This document shows positions 12,947 through 25,753 of a DNA stretch of 64,000 bases, piece after piece. The notes beneath the pieces were generated by a model. The model was given only the letters and a program-made list of their open reading frames with translations. It made no database searches and was not told the DNA's origin. The translations under genes and the position numbers were made by a program. Source of the DNA: Phoronis australis (lineage: Eukaryota > Animalia > Phoronida); contig NMRA01000196.1 of the NCBI GenBank assembly GCA_002633005.1, positions 604,824-668,823 of the forward strand, written 5' to 3'. Every line of letters starts with the position of its first letter. Position 1 is the stretch's first letter.

Positions 12947-13474
12947 GTCAATGGACAAGACAAAAAACACTTTGTACTTTATTGAACTGTATTGTCTCGA
13001 TGTTGTGATTGACCGTAAACAAACAAATAAAATCATAAGTAAACTAGCATGGCATATTCATTGAAATAACTCAAACTCAACTGCTACAAGAATCTATAAA
13101 AATAACAAATGGCGTGAACTCAGTGTTATAAGTCGAATTCTAAAAAGTCCGAAAGGTGAGCAGCTTTACCGAACCGCATGACAAATGGGATTGGAAATTC
13201 CAGAACACAAAAAATATCGTAATTCACGATATAACCCAAATCTTCGATTGAAACTGCGTCTAATTACACTTAAGCACTCTAGGTAACTTTGTAACAAAGA
13301 ATTACATGAATATAAGTACAAAAAACTCACCAAATATATCCTTATTAGGAGAGAAACAAAATGTGACTTTTCAACAAAATATCAGGGCCTGGAAGAGCGA
13401 ACTACGCATGCGCACTACTTGGTGCTACACCTAGCGACTTCTTCAAAAACTAATCCAATAATAAATCAATGTAT
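12947..13474 (-). repeat. 3' LTR portion of the BEL/Pao element
   Basis: Aligns by eye with 18826-19354 (e.g. aagacaaaaaacactttgtacttt..., ctagcgactt). May extend to ~13860 near a purine-rich tract. Confidence 0.75.
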
Positions 13475-13921
13475 TCTTGAGACTCACTGTCAATTAAGGC
13501 TACTTGGCCTAGCAAACTACAAGACAGTGTTTCTAAAGAACACACGCTAAAATGTGAACACACACTGAAAACTTGCGAAGACATACTGGTGAAGGTGAAC
13601 ACACACCAAAACTATTGGAATAAACGATCAAAAATCTAGTGTTCGTAAATTAAGTCATGAAATGTCTGCGAACGAAAAACAGTTTTACGCGCTAGTCCAT
13701 ACAAAATTTTTTGATCTTGACTTGTCTTCAAAGGTTAATAAACGCGCAACACAAGTAAATCAATGGTCCATCACCACAATAAATCACACAGATCCATCAC
13801 AATATAATCAACAGATCCATCACAACTTATAATGCCAAAGAGACTTTTCAACATTATACAAAATAACTTCTCCAGGTATTTTCTCCTAATACTAACTATC
13901 ACAACACACAAAATAACACCA

Positions 13922-16900
13922 TTAATCTGCTTCCAGCAATAAACACAATTTGGTGACAGGTCTTTCATACTGTAAATTTTGTGTCTGCACTGTAGCAATA
14001 CGCACTAAACCTAAAGTTGTCAGGTTTGACATCAATAAATTTGCCCATGGGCCAAATATCAAACACAAGCACTATATCACCAATTTTCAAACTTCTCCTT
14101 TGCTTAAGCCATTTCTGCTTTTCTTTAAGACACAGGACATATTCGTTCTTCCACCTTGATCAATATGTGTCCCCCAAATACTGAACTTGTCTCCATTGGC
14201 GTTCCACATACATGTCGTTTTTCACAAACACTCCTGGTGTAAATGTTCACCAGACTTATATGTAGACATCAAAATATGATTAGGAGTCAAAGGTACTGTA
14301 TCTATGGGATCAGATGGCAAAACTGCAAGTTGCCTACTGTTAAAAACGGACCCCACTTCGCAAAACAAGGTTTGAAGGCCTTCGTCGTCTAGTTTCACTG
14401 ACTGCTTTTTGGTTTAACCATACAAAATTTTACGGACTGACCTTGTCTGCCGTTCCCACAGTCCACAATGGTGACTTGCAGTAGGGGTGTTGAATTCCCA
14501 CTGTATGCCTTCTTGTTGCAACTCAGCGTGAAGTCTGTCTTCATTCCATTCTCTGATGGGTGCTCGTAACTCTCTGTCTGCACCCACTAAGTTTGTCCCA
14601 TTGTCTGACTTCATCCAGTTGACAGGACCTCTCCTGAAAATAAATCTTCTAATAGCATTAATACATGAGTCAAGATCAAATGAGTTTTCTAACTCCAAAT
14701 GACAGGCACGAGATTCAAAGCAAGTAAATAGAACCCCTTAACGTTTGTAAACAGATCGACCTGGCTTGACTTTAAGAGGACCAAAGTAGTCGACTCCACA
14801 GTTGGTGAATGGTTTGTGATCACCAGTGACTTTTTGAACAGGTAAGTCGGCAATTTGTTGCACTCCCAGTCTTCCGAGGTATCTTCTACAATGAACACAT
14901 CTTGACAAAATCTTTTTCACAGTCTTGCTTGGTTTCAGAATCCAAAATCTTTCACGAAGCTTGGCCTAATCTTCAGTGCATGTCTTGAACTAGAAGGGAC
15001 ACAACAGGATTGCCACCAGGAATAACAATGGGATGCTTGGTACCATCAGGTAAACTTGCACAAACCAATCTGCCACCTACTCTTAGCACACCGTGGTCAT
15101 CTAAAAAGGGATCTGACTTCTGAACACTGGCTTTCATAGGTTTCCCGGTCAACAAGTATTTTCTCTGAACATATTTGATGATGAACATCTCGGCAGCACT
15201 TAACTCTTGCTTTGTTTACTGTGATGACGTGACTTTACTACTTCTAGAAGAGGGATGCTTTTTTGTTAGCAACTGCTTGAAGAGATTCTTGGCACGCATA
15301 ACATATGCAGAAACTCTGAGAAGTTTTCCCCAGCTTGAAAACTTTTCAATGAGATTTTGGAAATCAAGGGGCTGTAAAACCTTGACTACTGTACTGGCTA
15401 CCACTTTCACTTCAGGGTCGTCTTGGCTAAGGTCTGTAGTGATGGAAACTTTTGGCCATCCGAACTCACAGCTGTGAAGGAATTCCGGACCATGTAACCA
15501 CTGTTGAACTGCACAGGATACCTCTTGATGCTGCATCAGCGGGGTTTTCCTTGGTGCTGACGTAGTTCCATTGTTGAGGGGTAGAAACTTCCAAAATCAC
15601 AACCAGTCTATTGACGACAAAGATTCTAAATCTTGCTGTAGTGTTCTGGATGTACTTAAGTACAAATGTACTGTCTGTCCAGAAATAAGTGGCATCGAGC
15701 TTGACGTCAACGGCATTCAAAATCAAATAAACAATTTTAACAGCGGCTGTTAACTCTAATCTTGGGATGGTCGTTTTCTTGTTTGGTACTACTCGAGCCT
15801 TACCCATAACAATACTACAAAAAAACTTGATCATTGGAGTCTTCTATTCTACTGTACACTGCGACACCATAACCAACTTCGCTGGTTTCACTAAAGCATG
15901 TAGCTGTCATGCTTTTACATCAACATCTTTTGGCTTGAGGCTTCTTGGAATTTCAGTCTGTTGAATTACAGGAACAGCCAATCTTTCCAAACAACATTGT
16001 CTGACTCGGGAATCTTGTTATCCCAATCAACATTCTGCTTCAAAAGAGACTGGAGAAAGAAGGATTTTACCAGCCAAAATCATGGGCGCGGCTAAACCTA
16101 ATGGATCAAAGACTGAATAAACTGTTGACAGAATACCTCGTCTTGTTGCTGGTTTCTCGGCTAAACTAAGGTTGAAACCAAATGTATCTTTCTCTGGTTG
16201 CCAAAATACCCCAAGGGTTCTTTCAGAAGGTATCGCTTCATCGGTCTTGTCTGAGTCGAGCTGAAAATCTTGAAACTCCTTTCACCTCTCATCTTCAGGG
16301 ATGGACTCAATTATGGCTCTAATGTTACTAGACCACTTACTGAGATGAAAACCTTTAAGACTACACAAACTAGACAACTGTTTCACTCTGTCTAAAACAA
16401 CACTTTCAGGGGGAACTGCCTTTAGACATTCGTCTACATAGAAATTATTGGAAATCGTGCTACAAACTTCACTACTAAACTCAGAGGAGTGGTCAATCGC
16501 TGTCTGCCGAAGTGTAAAACTGCCACAAGCAGGGGACGAAGATGCACTAAAAATTAAACGGTTATACTGTACATCTCAGGGTTTCGCTGCAGATCACCAT
16601 CGTTGAACCAGTAGAACCGTAAACAATCTCTATTCTTGGGCGGGACCACAACCCGATAGAACATAGACTCAACATCACTTGTGATGGCATAGGGCTCTTG
16701 GAGAAATCTAAGTAGAACATCTAACAGCCTACTTGTCAAATTGGGACCAGAGAGAAGTATATCATTCAATGAAACACCATTGAATCGTGCAGCACAATAG
16801 AATACTACTCTAAGTATCTGCTTACGAGGATGATACACACCATGGTGGGATATGAACCACACCTTGCCATCTTGCCTGGACTTAACTTCAGGTGGCTCTT

Positions 16901-18780
16901 TTTCGGCGTGACCATTCTTCAACACTTTGTCCATGAAGGCTGTACATGTATATTCTGATTGTAGCTTCTCATCTGACATCATCTTGCATCGCAAATAACT
17001 TAACCTCTTCAAAGCATACTTACTTTGTCAGGACTAATGACGTCATCATCACGAAATGGTAGATCAATATTGTAGTGACCATCCGTGAACTCTATGGAAT
17101 CATGGACCTTGGACAAAAAAGCTTATCTTCTTGTGAAGCTTCTTTCTTGTTTTCGATGATTCTCTCGGGGAAATCTGTATCAATGGACGTCTGAATCATT
17201 TGCTTCAAATGTTCTACTTTTTGAACAACACTAACATATATACGAATGGCTTGTACCACTGGTGGCTTTAAGTCACCAGCAGGTCCACGAACAACATTCC
17301 ACAAAATCCAACCAAGCTTCGATCTTGTTGCATGAGGACTGCCTGACGGACCAGTACGAGCTTCATAAGGTGAGTAAGCATCTGGCACATTGTTACCAAT
17401 GAGCAAAAGTATTTCTCCATCAATTACAGGGATGGGGAGCTCATTAAGGTGTTTCCACTTGGCAACGTCTGCTTTTGTTGGTACGTGACGCTTACTCACT
17501 GGCATCTCCTGTTATGTGTATACGGGTGGTAATTTAAAGACCGAGTTACCATAAAGCGAGGCCACTTCAAGACCAGTTACACGCTTTACACTAAACGGAC
17601 CTTGACTATAGTCATGGTTCCTAATGAGATTTGAGCACCTTCCTGGTAAGCCTGTACAACTTCAGCCAGTTTATCAGTACAAAAACTCACATTTGAGCTT
17701 GGGTCTAAGAAGGCGTAACCTTTAACAGTTATCTTGCGAGATGATCTTATCTGCACTGGAATGATAGCCATTGTATATTCACTGGCTCCTGTTGAATCAC
17801 TACCGTCATGGATTGCACTTGAAGGATGTACTTGGTTCATCACCTTTCTTGGATTTCAACTTTGATTCATCGCGCAGGAGTGTAGGATGGCTCTTTACAA
17901 ACCTCGCATATCAAACGACTTGGGCACTGACGACTTCTATGACCTTCTTAAAGACAAACGAAGCAAAGCTTATTGCTTTGAATACATGTCACTCGGTCAT
18001 CCAGTGACTTTATCCCAAAGTCCTTACATGAACACAGCTCATGGCTACAAGAGCCACACAAATGACACTTGCCATGTTCTTCAACAGATGTAGCTAATGA
18101 CTTGTGTTTCGATTGTTTGTTAGTCGTACTAGGTTTTGAATATCGTGTTGTTGTTTCGGATATTATGGTTTTTCCATAGTTTGGATCGTTGGACTTTTTG
18201 GCTTCCTTCTTTACAAACGCCACAAAATCACCAAACGTAGCCACCTCGTACTTTTCCTTGACGTCATACATTCTAGATCTCCAACGTTCTTGTAAGCTGA
18301 AGGGAAGTTTAGACACAAGCTGGCGAATATTCTCAGGATAATCTAAAATGCTAATGCTACTAACCTCTTCCACCGCAAGGCCACATTCCAGAAGAAATTG
18401 TCCAAACTCATCCAAACTCTTTGGATGTTCAGCTTTCGCGATGGGCCCACCTAATGCCTTTTTGATGTAGGCATTGGCAATAATGGATTTTTGTCCATAA
18501 CGATCTCCAAATTCACGGAAAATAGAGTTTACAGCTAACTTGCTACTTCGCAGAGCACCGTCGCTATTAACAATTTTCAAAAGGCTGTACCAAATAATTT
18601 AAATGTTCATCAAAATTATCAGTATTTGACTTGATACAGCGATTAAACTGTCTCAGAAATCTTCACCACTAATAGGCGAAATTTTTATCTTTGGCTTCGA
18701 AAGTTCTCTTACAATGTCACTTATGGTGGTTTGACTAGTTTGTTGTTGTACGGCTTCTTCATCCATAACTTCTTCTTGAG
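13922..18780 (-). pseudogene. BEL/Pao gag-pol polyprotein, multiply frameshifted
   Basis: Gag (LVSKLPFSLQERW, CHLC/CFVC knuckles), protease (YAFLDPSSNVSFC), RT (HHGVYHPRK, SLNDILLSGPNL, FYVDE at ~16430), RNase H (GKARVVP..TIPRLELTAA, FWTDS), integrase (CGVDYFGP, SDNGTNL, GLWER) and C-terminal RPVTKLCLL. Confidence 0.92.
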
Positions 18781-18825
18781 TTGCCGGCTCTCCAGGCCCC
18801 GAACGCAGCTCCTCACGAGGCACTT

Positions 18826-19354
18826 GTCAATGATATAAAGACAAAAAACACTTTGTACTTTCTTCAACTGTATTGTCTCGATGTTGTGATTGACTGTAAA
18901 CAAACAAATAAAATCATAAGTAAACTATTATGGCACATTCATTGAAATAACTCAAATTCAACTGCTACAAAAATCTACAACATCAACAAATGGCGTGAAC
19001 TCAGTTTTATAAGTCGAATTCTAAAAAGTCCGTGAGGTGAGCAGATTTACCGAACCGCATGACAAATGGGATAGAAAATTCCAGAACACAAAACAGATCG
19101 TAAATCACGATATAACCCTAAACTTCGATTGCAACTGCTTCTTATTACACTTAAGCGTTCTAGGTAACTTTGTACCAAAGAATTATATGAATTTAAGTAC
19201 AAAAAACTCACCAAATATATCGTTATTATGAGCGAAACAAAATGTGACTTTTCAAAAAATGTCAGGGCCTGGACGAGCAAACTACGCGTGCGCACCACTT
19301 GGTGCGACACCTAGCGACTTCCACAAAAACTAGTCAACTAATAAACGACTGTAT
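18826..19354 (-). repeat. 5' LTR portion of the BEL/Pao element
   Basis: Direct repeat of 12947-13474 with many substitutions. Ends in ...GACA on the - strand just upstream of the gag region. Confidence 0.75.
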
Positions 19355-20935
19355 GCCCGTAATAATCACTATAATTCATTATTAAACGAGGCGAGTCGTT
19401 TTTGCCTTATATTAGAAGTATTCCTCCTAGGGGCATGGATACTCAGGCTGGATGGGCCACAAAAGTTACTTGAAAAAAACAAAGCAGGTTGATAGAAACA
19501 TATCTGAAATGGTTTCCTGTGCTAACATAAACGTAAATCAAAAGTTAACAGTTATCCAATTAAGAGACATTCTAAGTAAACTAAGAGATAACCAAACCAA
19601 TTTGAAAACCATGTCATTCCTGGCACCAACACAGGGTGTGAGTGTTTTTTGAGCGATAACAAACCCAAACAAATGAACAATTGTGACAAAATTACAACAT
19701 TGTGGTAATGCACAAACTTGATGAAAATATAGAAGAATCTGACCTATATATGACTTTACGTCCGAATAACCGAGGAACTTATTTTTGCGCTTGAATAATC
19801 TGAGTTGTGCACGTTTCATATAGAGTAGAGTATTCTTTTTCTTCAGCAACAAGATTTTAAACGTCACCTATAAATTATTAATTTTTGTTCTGATTATTCA
19901 TATGAGTTGATAAAGTGTTTAGCAGTTGGAATTTTGAACTTTCTTTTCTGTTTAGTCCATTCAGTGAATTTTAATAGTGAACTGAATTTTTTCCCATAAC
20001 CAAATTGTTTTCATTTATTATGACTGAACATATATAGCCAAAACATAGTCTGGGATCCAACACAATGATGATGGTTGCAATGAAGCGCCCTGAATTGTCA
20101 AACGGATTTAGAGGTTGCACTCTACCATAACAAAAGAATAGTTTTTAAAATTGTGACATCAGAATATTTCTAAGCTTTAAGGTCACCTTGGCTAGCTTCA
20201 GTCTCATTTTGGGATGCATGTAAAGCGTATAGTAATCTTGTTCAGAGTGTTTCTTTTGGTACGAAAATGAAGAATTAGTTTACTTTGGTTAAATTCATTG
20301 TATTGACCATTTTTAGTTTACACATTCAAATGAAGGACTATAAATAATGAATTAACACGAATGCTTATTTAGGTTAATAATGACTAAGATTCTCTTGACA
20401 ACAGTTGCCAACTTTGTTAAAGACTCACATTATGGTGTGTCTTGTTCTACTCACAGGTGTTCTTATAAATGGATGACACCAGTGACGTCTGCATAACCAA
20501 CTTACACTGGGACATATAATTGCGCAACTGAAATAGTTCTCAATATATGATATAGCTGTAAAACTATTACATCCACTATTACGAAAATATCATGACGTTC
20601 TCGAAAGTGCACGAATGAAACTGAAAAGCTTGTAATAAAACACCAAAGCCTGTAATGAAAGTTACAACTTTTGTATTTATACACCACCTTCACATCAACT
20701 TATTTTTTAAAATCAAAAATATTGGATGTAGAAAAAGGCGTTGTCATCTCATGCACTGTCTTTGTGTTGTTTTTGTATATTTTAACGAAAAGTTTTCAAG
20801 TATTTTATAAAAATTTAATTGATAGCGTGTACGTGTACAGAATGCTAGGCTGGGTGTTAAGTTCCAACGTTTATTATTAGTAATACCAGTGATACATTCT
20901 AAGTTATAAACATAACAGCAGTCCGAGACCTGTAC

Positions 20936-23900
20936 TACTGTAGCTAGAGACCGGCGAGTTTTTCTCATGGTTTTCTGTTCTGTTATCGCGGCCAGTGTCT
21001 AGGAACCCTATCAGGCCCATTAGGTCATGGGCGGTAGCTCCAGTCGTTTCATCCTGGGACCATGTCAGGGGGGCAACTTGATTTTTTTCTGTATGGATTG
21101 ATATGCCATGAAGCAATTGATACGTGAAAAGTTCTCACGTTTTAAGTAGCACATTTTTTGTAGAAAAACAGTTTTTATGGGTCAAAATTTTTTCATAATT
21201 GAACAAGAGGGGCGCTAAATCCAACAAAAGACTTATGCAAGATGACATCTTAAGCCAAGCTCAGATCTAATTTAACATGGCGGCTCCCGTAGGAGATGCT
21301 GTCAATGAATACTGCCTACACTTTCGAGCAGTAAGTTTGTCTGATCTGTTGAATTTCTCGAAACTGATATAGGCAAAAAGCATTGACTGTGAGAAAGAAT
21401 GACATTCCCTTGGAGCTGAAGACAGCAATGAGCACAATGTCACCAGTTTGCGTTTATATCATGTAACTTCACGGGATTGGCGTGGGCTCCAGGCAGTATC
21501 ACAAATCCTGTTATATAAGCTCACAGACGTTACAAAAATTGAAAGAGCAAAGAGGAAAGATTGCGAAACTACAAAGTATGCCGAGAACAGAATCCCTGAT
21601 TACGACCAAGATGATGGCATGTGTTATTTTTTTCTGGAAATATGATAAATTGATGCAAGTCACTGAATCAGTGACAGTGTAGTCAGTGCCTCAATGGGAA
21701 ACAGGTCACTTCCAATCCAAGACAACTCGTAACCAAGTCAAATTTCAAAAGTATTTTAAAACTATTTAATTTGGCCAAGCAGTGATTAAAAGCAATCAAT
21801 CATGTCATATTTATGCAAACCGACTCAATGTTATTAGTTTTGTTTTTAGCATGGATACGAGTTGACTTGCGTGCGAGTTGGCTAAGGTACGAAAGGACTG
21901 GAAAGCCCTCATACGCACAACTGGTAAAAAACTGTGTTTCCTGGAATCGGTGTCTGGCCTACTTGTGTTTGAATCGAGCATCCAGGTAATTCATTGACTA
22001 ACAGGCCCTCGCGATGGCATTCATTTAAAGTATGCAGTGTGGATGGTTAGGCTTTCAGTCTGAGTTTGGAGCCTTGGAACCATGTGATTGCCGATCAATG
22101 TAATTACTGACCACAGTATGCACCTATATCAGGAGCACCACCTTTACATTCTCAAGCTACTTTTACTCACAGGTTTTACTAAAAGTTGCATAGGTGCCTA
22201 AAATTTCTGATTTAGGTGCAGCTGCACACACATGATCGAAGATTAACGAAATATATAGCAAATATTTTGATAGCAGTCGTTTTTATTGAGTTTCTACTCA
22301 TTCAACATAGTTTGTTGGTGGTTTGTATACAAATTAATTTTGTGCAATGTTGTTGGAACACTATTTTCAAAAGTTCTATTTTTATGCTTTATTTGAAATA
22401 ACAACATTTATTTGAGGGAAAGTACAACTTAGAATACTTGCATGATTGTAAAAACTTGTGTGCATATATGAAATTGTATCTGAATTTACAAACAAAAATT
22501 GCTTTCAAGATCATGTTGCATACAAACCCATGGGTATCTTTTTCACTTTTGAGCACAGTTGCCTAGGCCTTGTATATGCACGTCATATTTTGAGTGTTTT
22601 TACCTGTCTTTTGGTCATTCTTTGAAGTTCCATTTGGTTATGGTAATAATGAATTGTTAACATCTATCGTTTTGTAAGTCAGGCCTAAAATGCTTTCCAT
22701 ATCTTTAAACTCTGATAACGGTTTTATTTTTATTTTTATTTTGCTTTTGCTTGGTTGTATTTGGGTTTTTATGGTTGCTGCTAAGGCAGAAAACTACGTG
22801 GAACGTTTGATCAGATTACAAGGAAGAGATCTGGTAACACTCGAAGCCAAATTCCATCGTTCTTGCTACAAAAGCTTCACAAGACCACGGATAAAATATA
22901 AATCTGACCATAGTGAAAGTAGCGAAATTTTCACAGATGTATTTCGAAAGTTTTGCTTTAAAGTTGTAGAGCAACGAATTATGTTGCATGGGGAAATATT
23001 GCGTTTGACTCTGTTAAAGTCACTCATAGAGGAAACATTGTCCAAAAGAGGTTGTAACGCACATGTATGTGTCCGAACTGGAAATCTGAAATCGAAATAA
23101 CAGATAATTTATCCTATTCTACCATTCCTTAGTCAAAAACGGAATGAGAGGGAAGTGCTGTAAAACAAGTATTTGTTCTTGTGTAAATGCTGGACTAAAA
23201 TGCACTGCCAAAACTGTGAGAATGCCAAAGTGAGTGATGAAATTGAGTCAGATGATGAGTAACTGTGTGATGGACTTGCATCCTAGTCTGTGGAACCTGG
23301 AAAAACATCTTTTCAAGAGACAGAAACCAGGCTAGTAACTGGCCTAGTGAGCCTGGTGATTTGCGAAACATTTTCATAATTACGTCTCTAGTAATGGCTT
23401 TTTATCTTGTCACAGTAATTCCTCAGACTTTTGTACTTCATAGGATTTTATTATTTTGTTGTTATTCTATAGTTTTGTCTCCATTTTTGACAGCCTGTAT
23501 GCTTTGGACTTGTAGCAATGTTAGACATAGTTAGTTTGATAATTATAGTTTTACCAACAGTAAAACCAGCATAAAACACTATGAATGATAGTTCCATATT
23601 TCGCCAACAGGTGGCAACCAAAAATTCATATTTCTTCCATAATTCTACATCGTAATTAAAAAAACATAGCAAAGCATGCGTTTATCATGACTTAATACAC
23701 CATGTAGGAATATTATCTGCAGTATCATCCTTTATGGACACTTTATTTTCATCTCTTCTAACTTTTTAATTCCATCTGGAATTTGCTGAATTGGAATTAT
23801 TTTAACATCAAATTTCACAAAAATGTGCAAGTATGAACTCGGGAGTTTTTTTATTCATAAAGTACAATGATTTGTGAATCAAAAAAATTAAATTGACCCC

Positions 23901-24036
23901 CTAAAGTGGTCACAGAAGTGGTTTTCTAGGCCTCCTGTGGCCTACGACCCATGGCCTACATGGCGGCCGGACTGAGGACATCAAGAACATAAACCAGCCA
24001 GAGTTGGAAACTAAATTTCCAGTCACGAAAAGACTA
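20936..24036 (+). mobile_element. Internally deleted Academ-like transposon (ends approximate)
   Basis: Subterminal inverted similarity (21016-21090 vs 23881-23962). Coding relic GRDLVTLEAKFHRSCY...TGNLKSK (22780-23100) is followed directly by a CXC remnant (CSCVNAGLKC..CQNCEN, ~23175). Possible first exon MAAPVG...|gtaagt at 21277-21330. Confidence 0.6.
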
Positions 24037-24492
24037 TACTAGTGCCCCAAAAAATGGTGACCACGTGATTGTTTAGGTGAATTAGCCGCGAAACTACAAA
24101 TCTACTTACTAGGTTGTCGGGGGCCGCGAAGTCGGGTTACCCTTCCACGGAACCGTCAGGGCAAAAGTTATACAGTAACAATGATTCGAATAAAGTATAT
24201 GAATAATGATTCCCCTAACATCTGACCATAGGACATAGAATCGATTTATTGTTTCACAACAGCTTTCTGTCAGCAAACACGGAATTAGCATGTGCTCACA
24301 CGGCCTCCTCGGTTCCCAGTCAATTAGTTCATTGCATCTAAAGCCAGTAGCGCAGTGATTTATTCACTGCTGGCTTCTCAAAATATTTGTACTCACGAAC
24401 ATTCCAACGCATTACATGTTGTATCTAATGAGACAGATTTTGTTTCACGTTGATATCAGCATTGGTGAGGATGGGAATAATTCATTTTGAGA

Positions 24493-24888
24493 CAGGGCCC
24501 GGTCTCTAATCTTTGTACTCGAAACTATTTTAGGCAATTTCTTTGCTCCTTTTGTGCAAAATTAAGATAATTGGTTATCAGACTGTGCTCGAATACATTA
24601 TAGTTTATGCATAGGAGTTTCTAGTTGAAGTTTGCCCTTGAATACCCTTATATTTGTGCTACAAACTTGAGTAAAAACTCGAAATTTCGAGTTCAAACTC
24701 GAACTTATTGCTTTGATATTGGGTTTACAAACTGTGAACTAAGGGCAATAAATTATCTACGTAAGTTATTGTGTACTCGAGCATAGAATAATAGACACTT
24801 ATCTTGAGTTCGCCCAAAAGTACAGTAGAAAATGCCAAATCTAATTTCGAGTTCCGTTTCGAGTAAAAAGATTGGAGACCGGGACCAG
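24493..24888. mobile_element. MITE with ~33-bp TIRs
   Basis: cagggcccggtctctaatctttgtactcgaaac vs reverse complement of gtttcgagtaaaaagattggagaccgggaccag. Partial related copies at ~1980-2180, ~47860-47925 and ~49510-49590. Confidence 0.75.
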
Positions 24889-25439
24889 AACGTACCTAAT
24901 AAACGTCAACTCGCAATCCCGACTTAGCGAAGACTTCCATGTCGATCGTTAGCTTTTACAGTCTATCAGTTCAAACCAGAATACACTGATCAAGAAATAC
25001 TAGAGCGACTCCGTGAACGTGCACAGACAACGGAGCACATGGATAATTCCGAAAACGGTTTGAATGACTTGTCAAGGTGTCACGATAATGGAAACGACTG
25101 ACGCTTGCTTTTGCTGCCACGAAATTCCGAGAGTGAAATGCCTTCTTGAGAAGAGTAGATGTGTCTCACGGACCATCCTGATCTTGCACCGCATCTAAAC
25201 AAAGGGGGTGTGTACGACGTTTTTATTGTACCTCTGAGAAAAAAGAACTGGAGAAAACATCCTACAACCAGAGAACCAAACAGAAGCCTGACGTACGAGT
25301 CAGTCATGAAACAGGATATTTAAAACTTTATGTTCGCCCGCTTTGAGTCAATTGTATGTTTTCATGCATGGCCAACTACAATTCTCCATAATCAAAAATC
25401 ATTCAACAACCGATCTGCATTTGTTGTCTCCTGTCTGTC

Positions 25440-25753
25440 GAACGCAAACACACTAGGCTCAACATCTGACTTCAGCCTCAGTCTCTTTTATTGCCTTGGC
25501 AAGAGCTGTTTGGTAAGCCGGCATTCGATCATCAGTGAAATCTGTGTTGGTGAAATGCTGGCCTCTGACAAACGTAGAAGTTTCGGCACAGCCTCATGCT
25601 TGGTATTATCGGCGTACTTTTCATTCTTCACTAACGCGAGCCACTTCCTAAGAATTATGGGCTCTCGAGGAAATAGAAAAAACGATGTACCCGCTTTCTT
25701 CGAAGCTTCGTAGTTCGCTCAAGCGGGCACGATACATCACACCTTAGCAGCAT
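25440..25753 (-). pseudogene. Degenerate THAP zinc-finger domain (transposon-derived)
   Basis: Manual - strand translation across frameshifts: CIVP..N....GTSFFLFPREPIILRKWLALV ... FYVC..HFTNTDF ... KRLRLKSDVEPSVF. This matches the THAP pattern (F.FP, W, C..HF, AVP box). Confidence 0.7.

Larger units (their letters stand above)
12947..19354 (-). mobile_element. Decayed BEL/Pao LTR retrotransposon
   Basis: Gag-PR-RT-RH-IN order on the - strand, bounded by ~520-bp diverged direct repeats (12947-13474 and 18826-19354). Confidence 0.92.
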
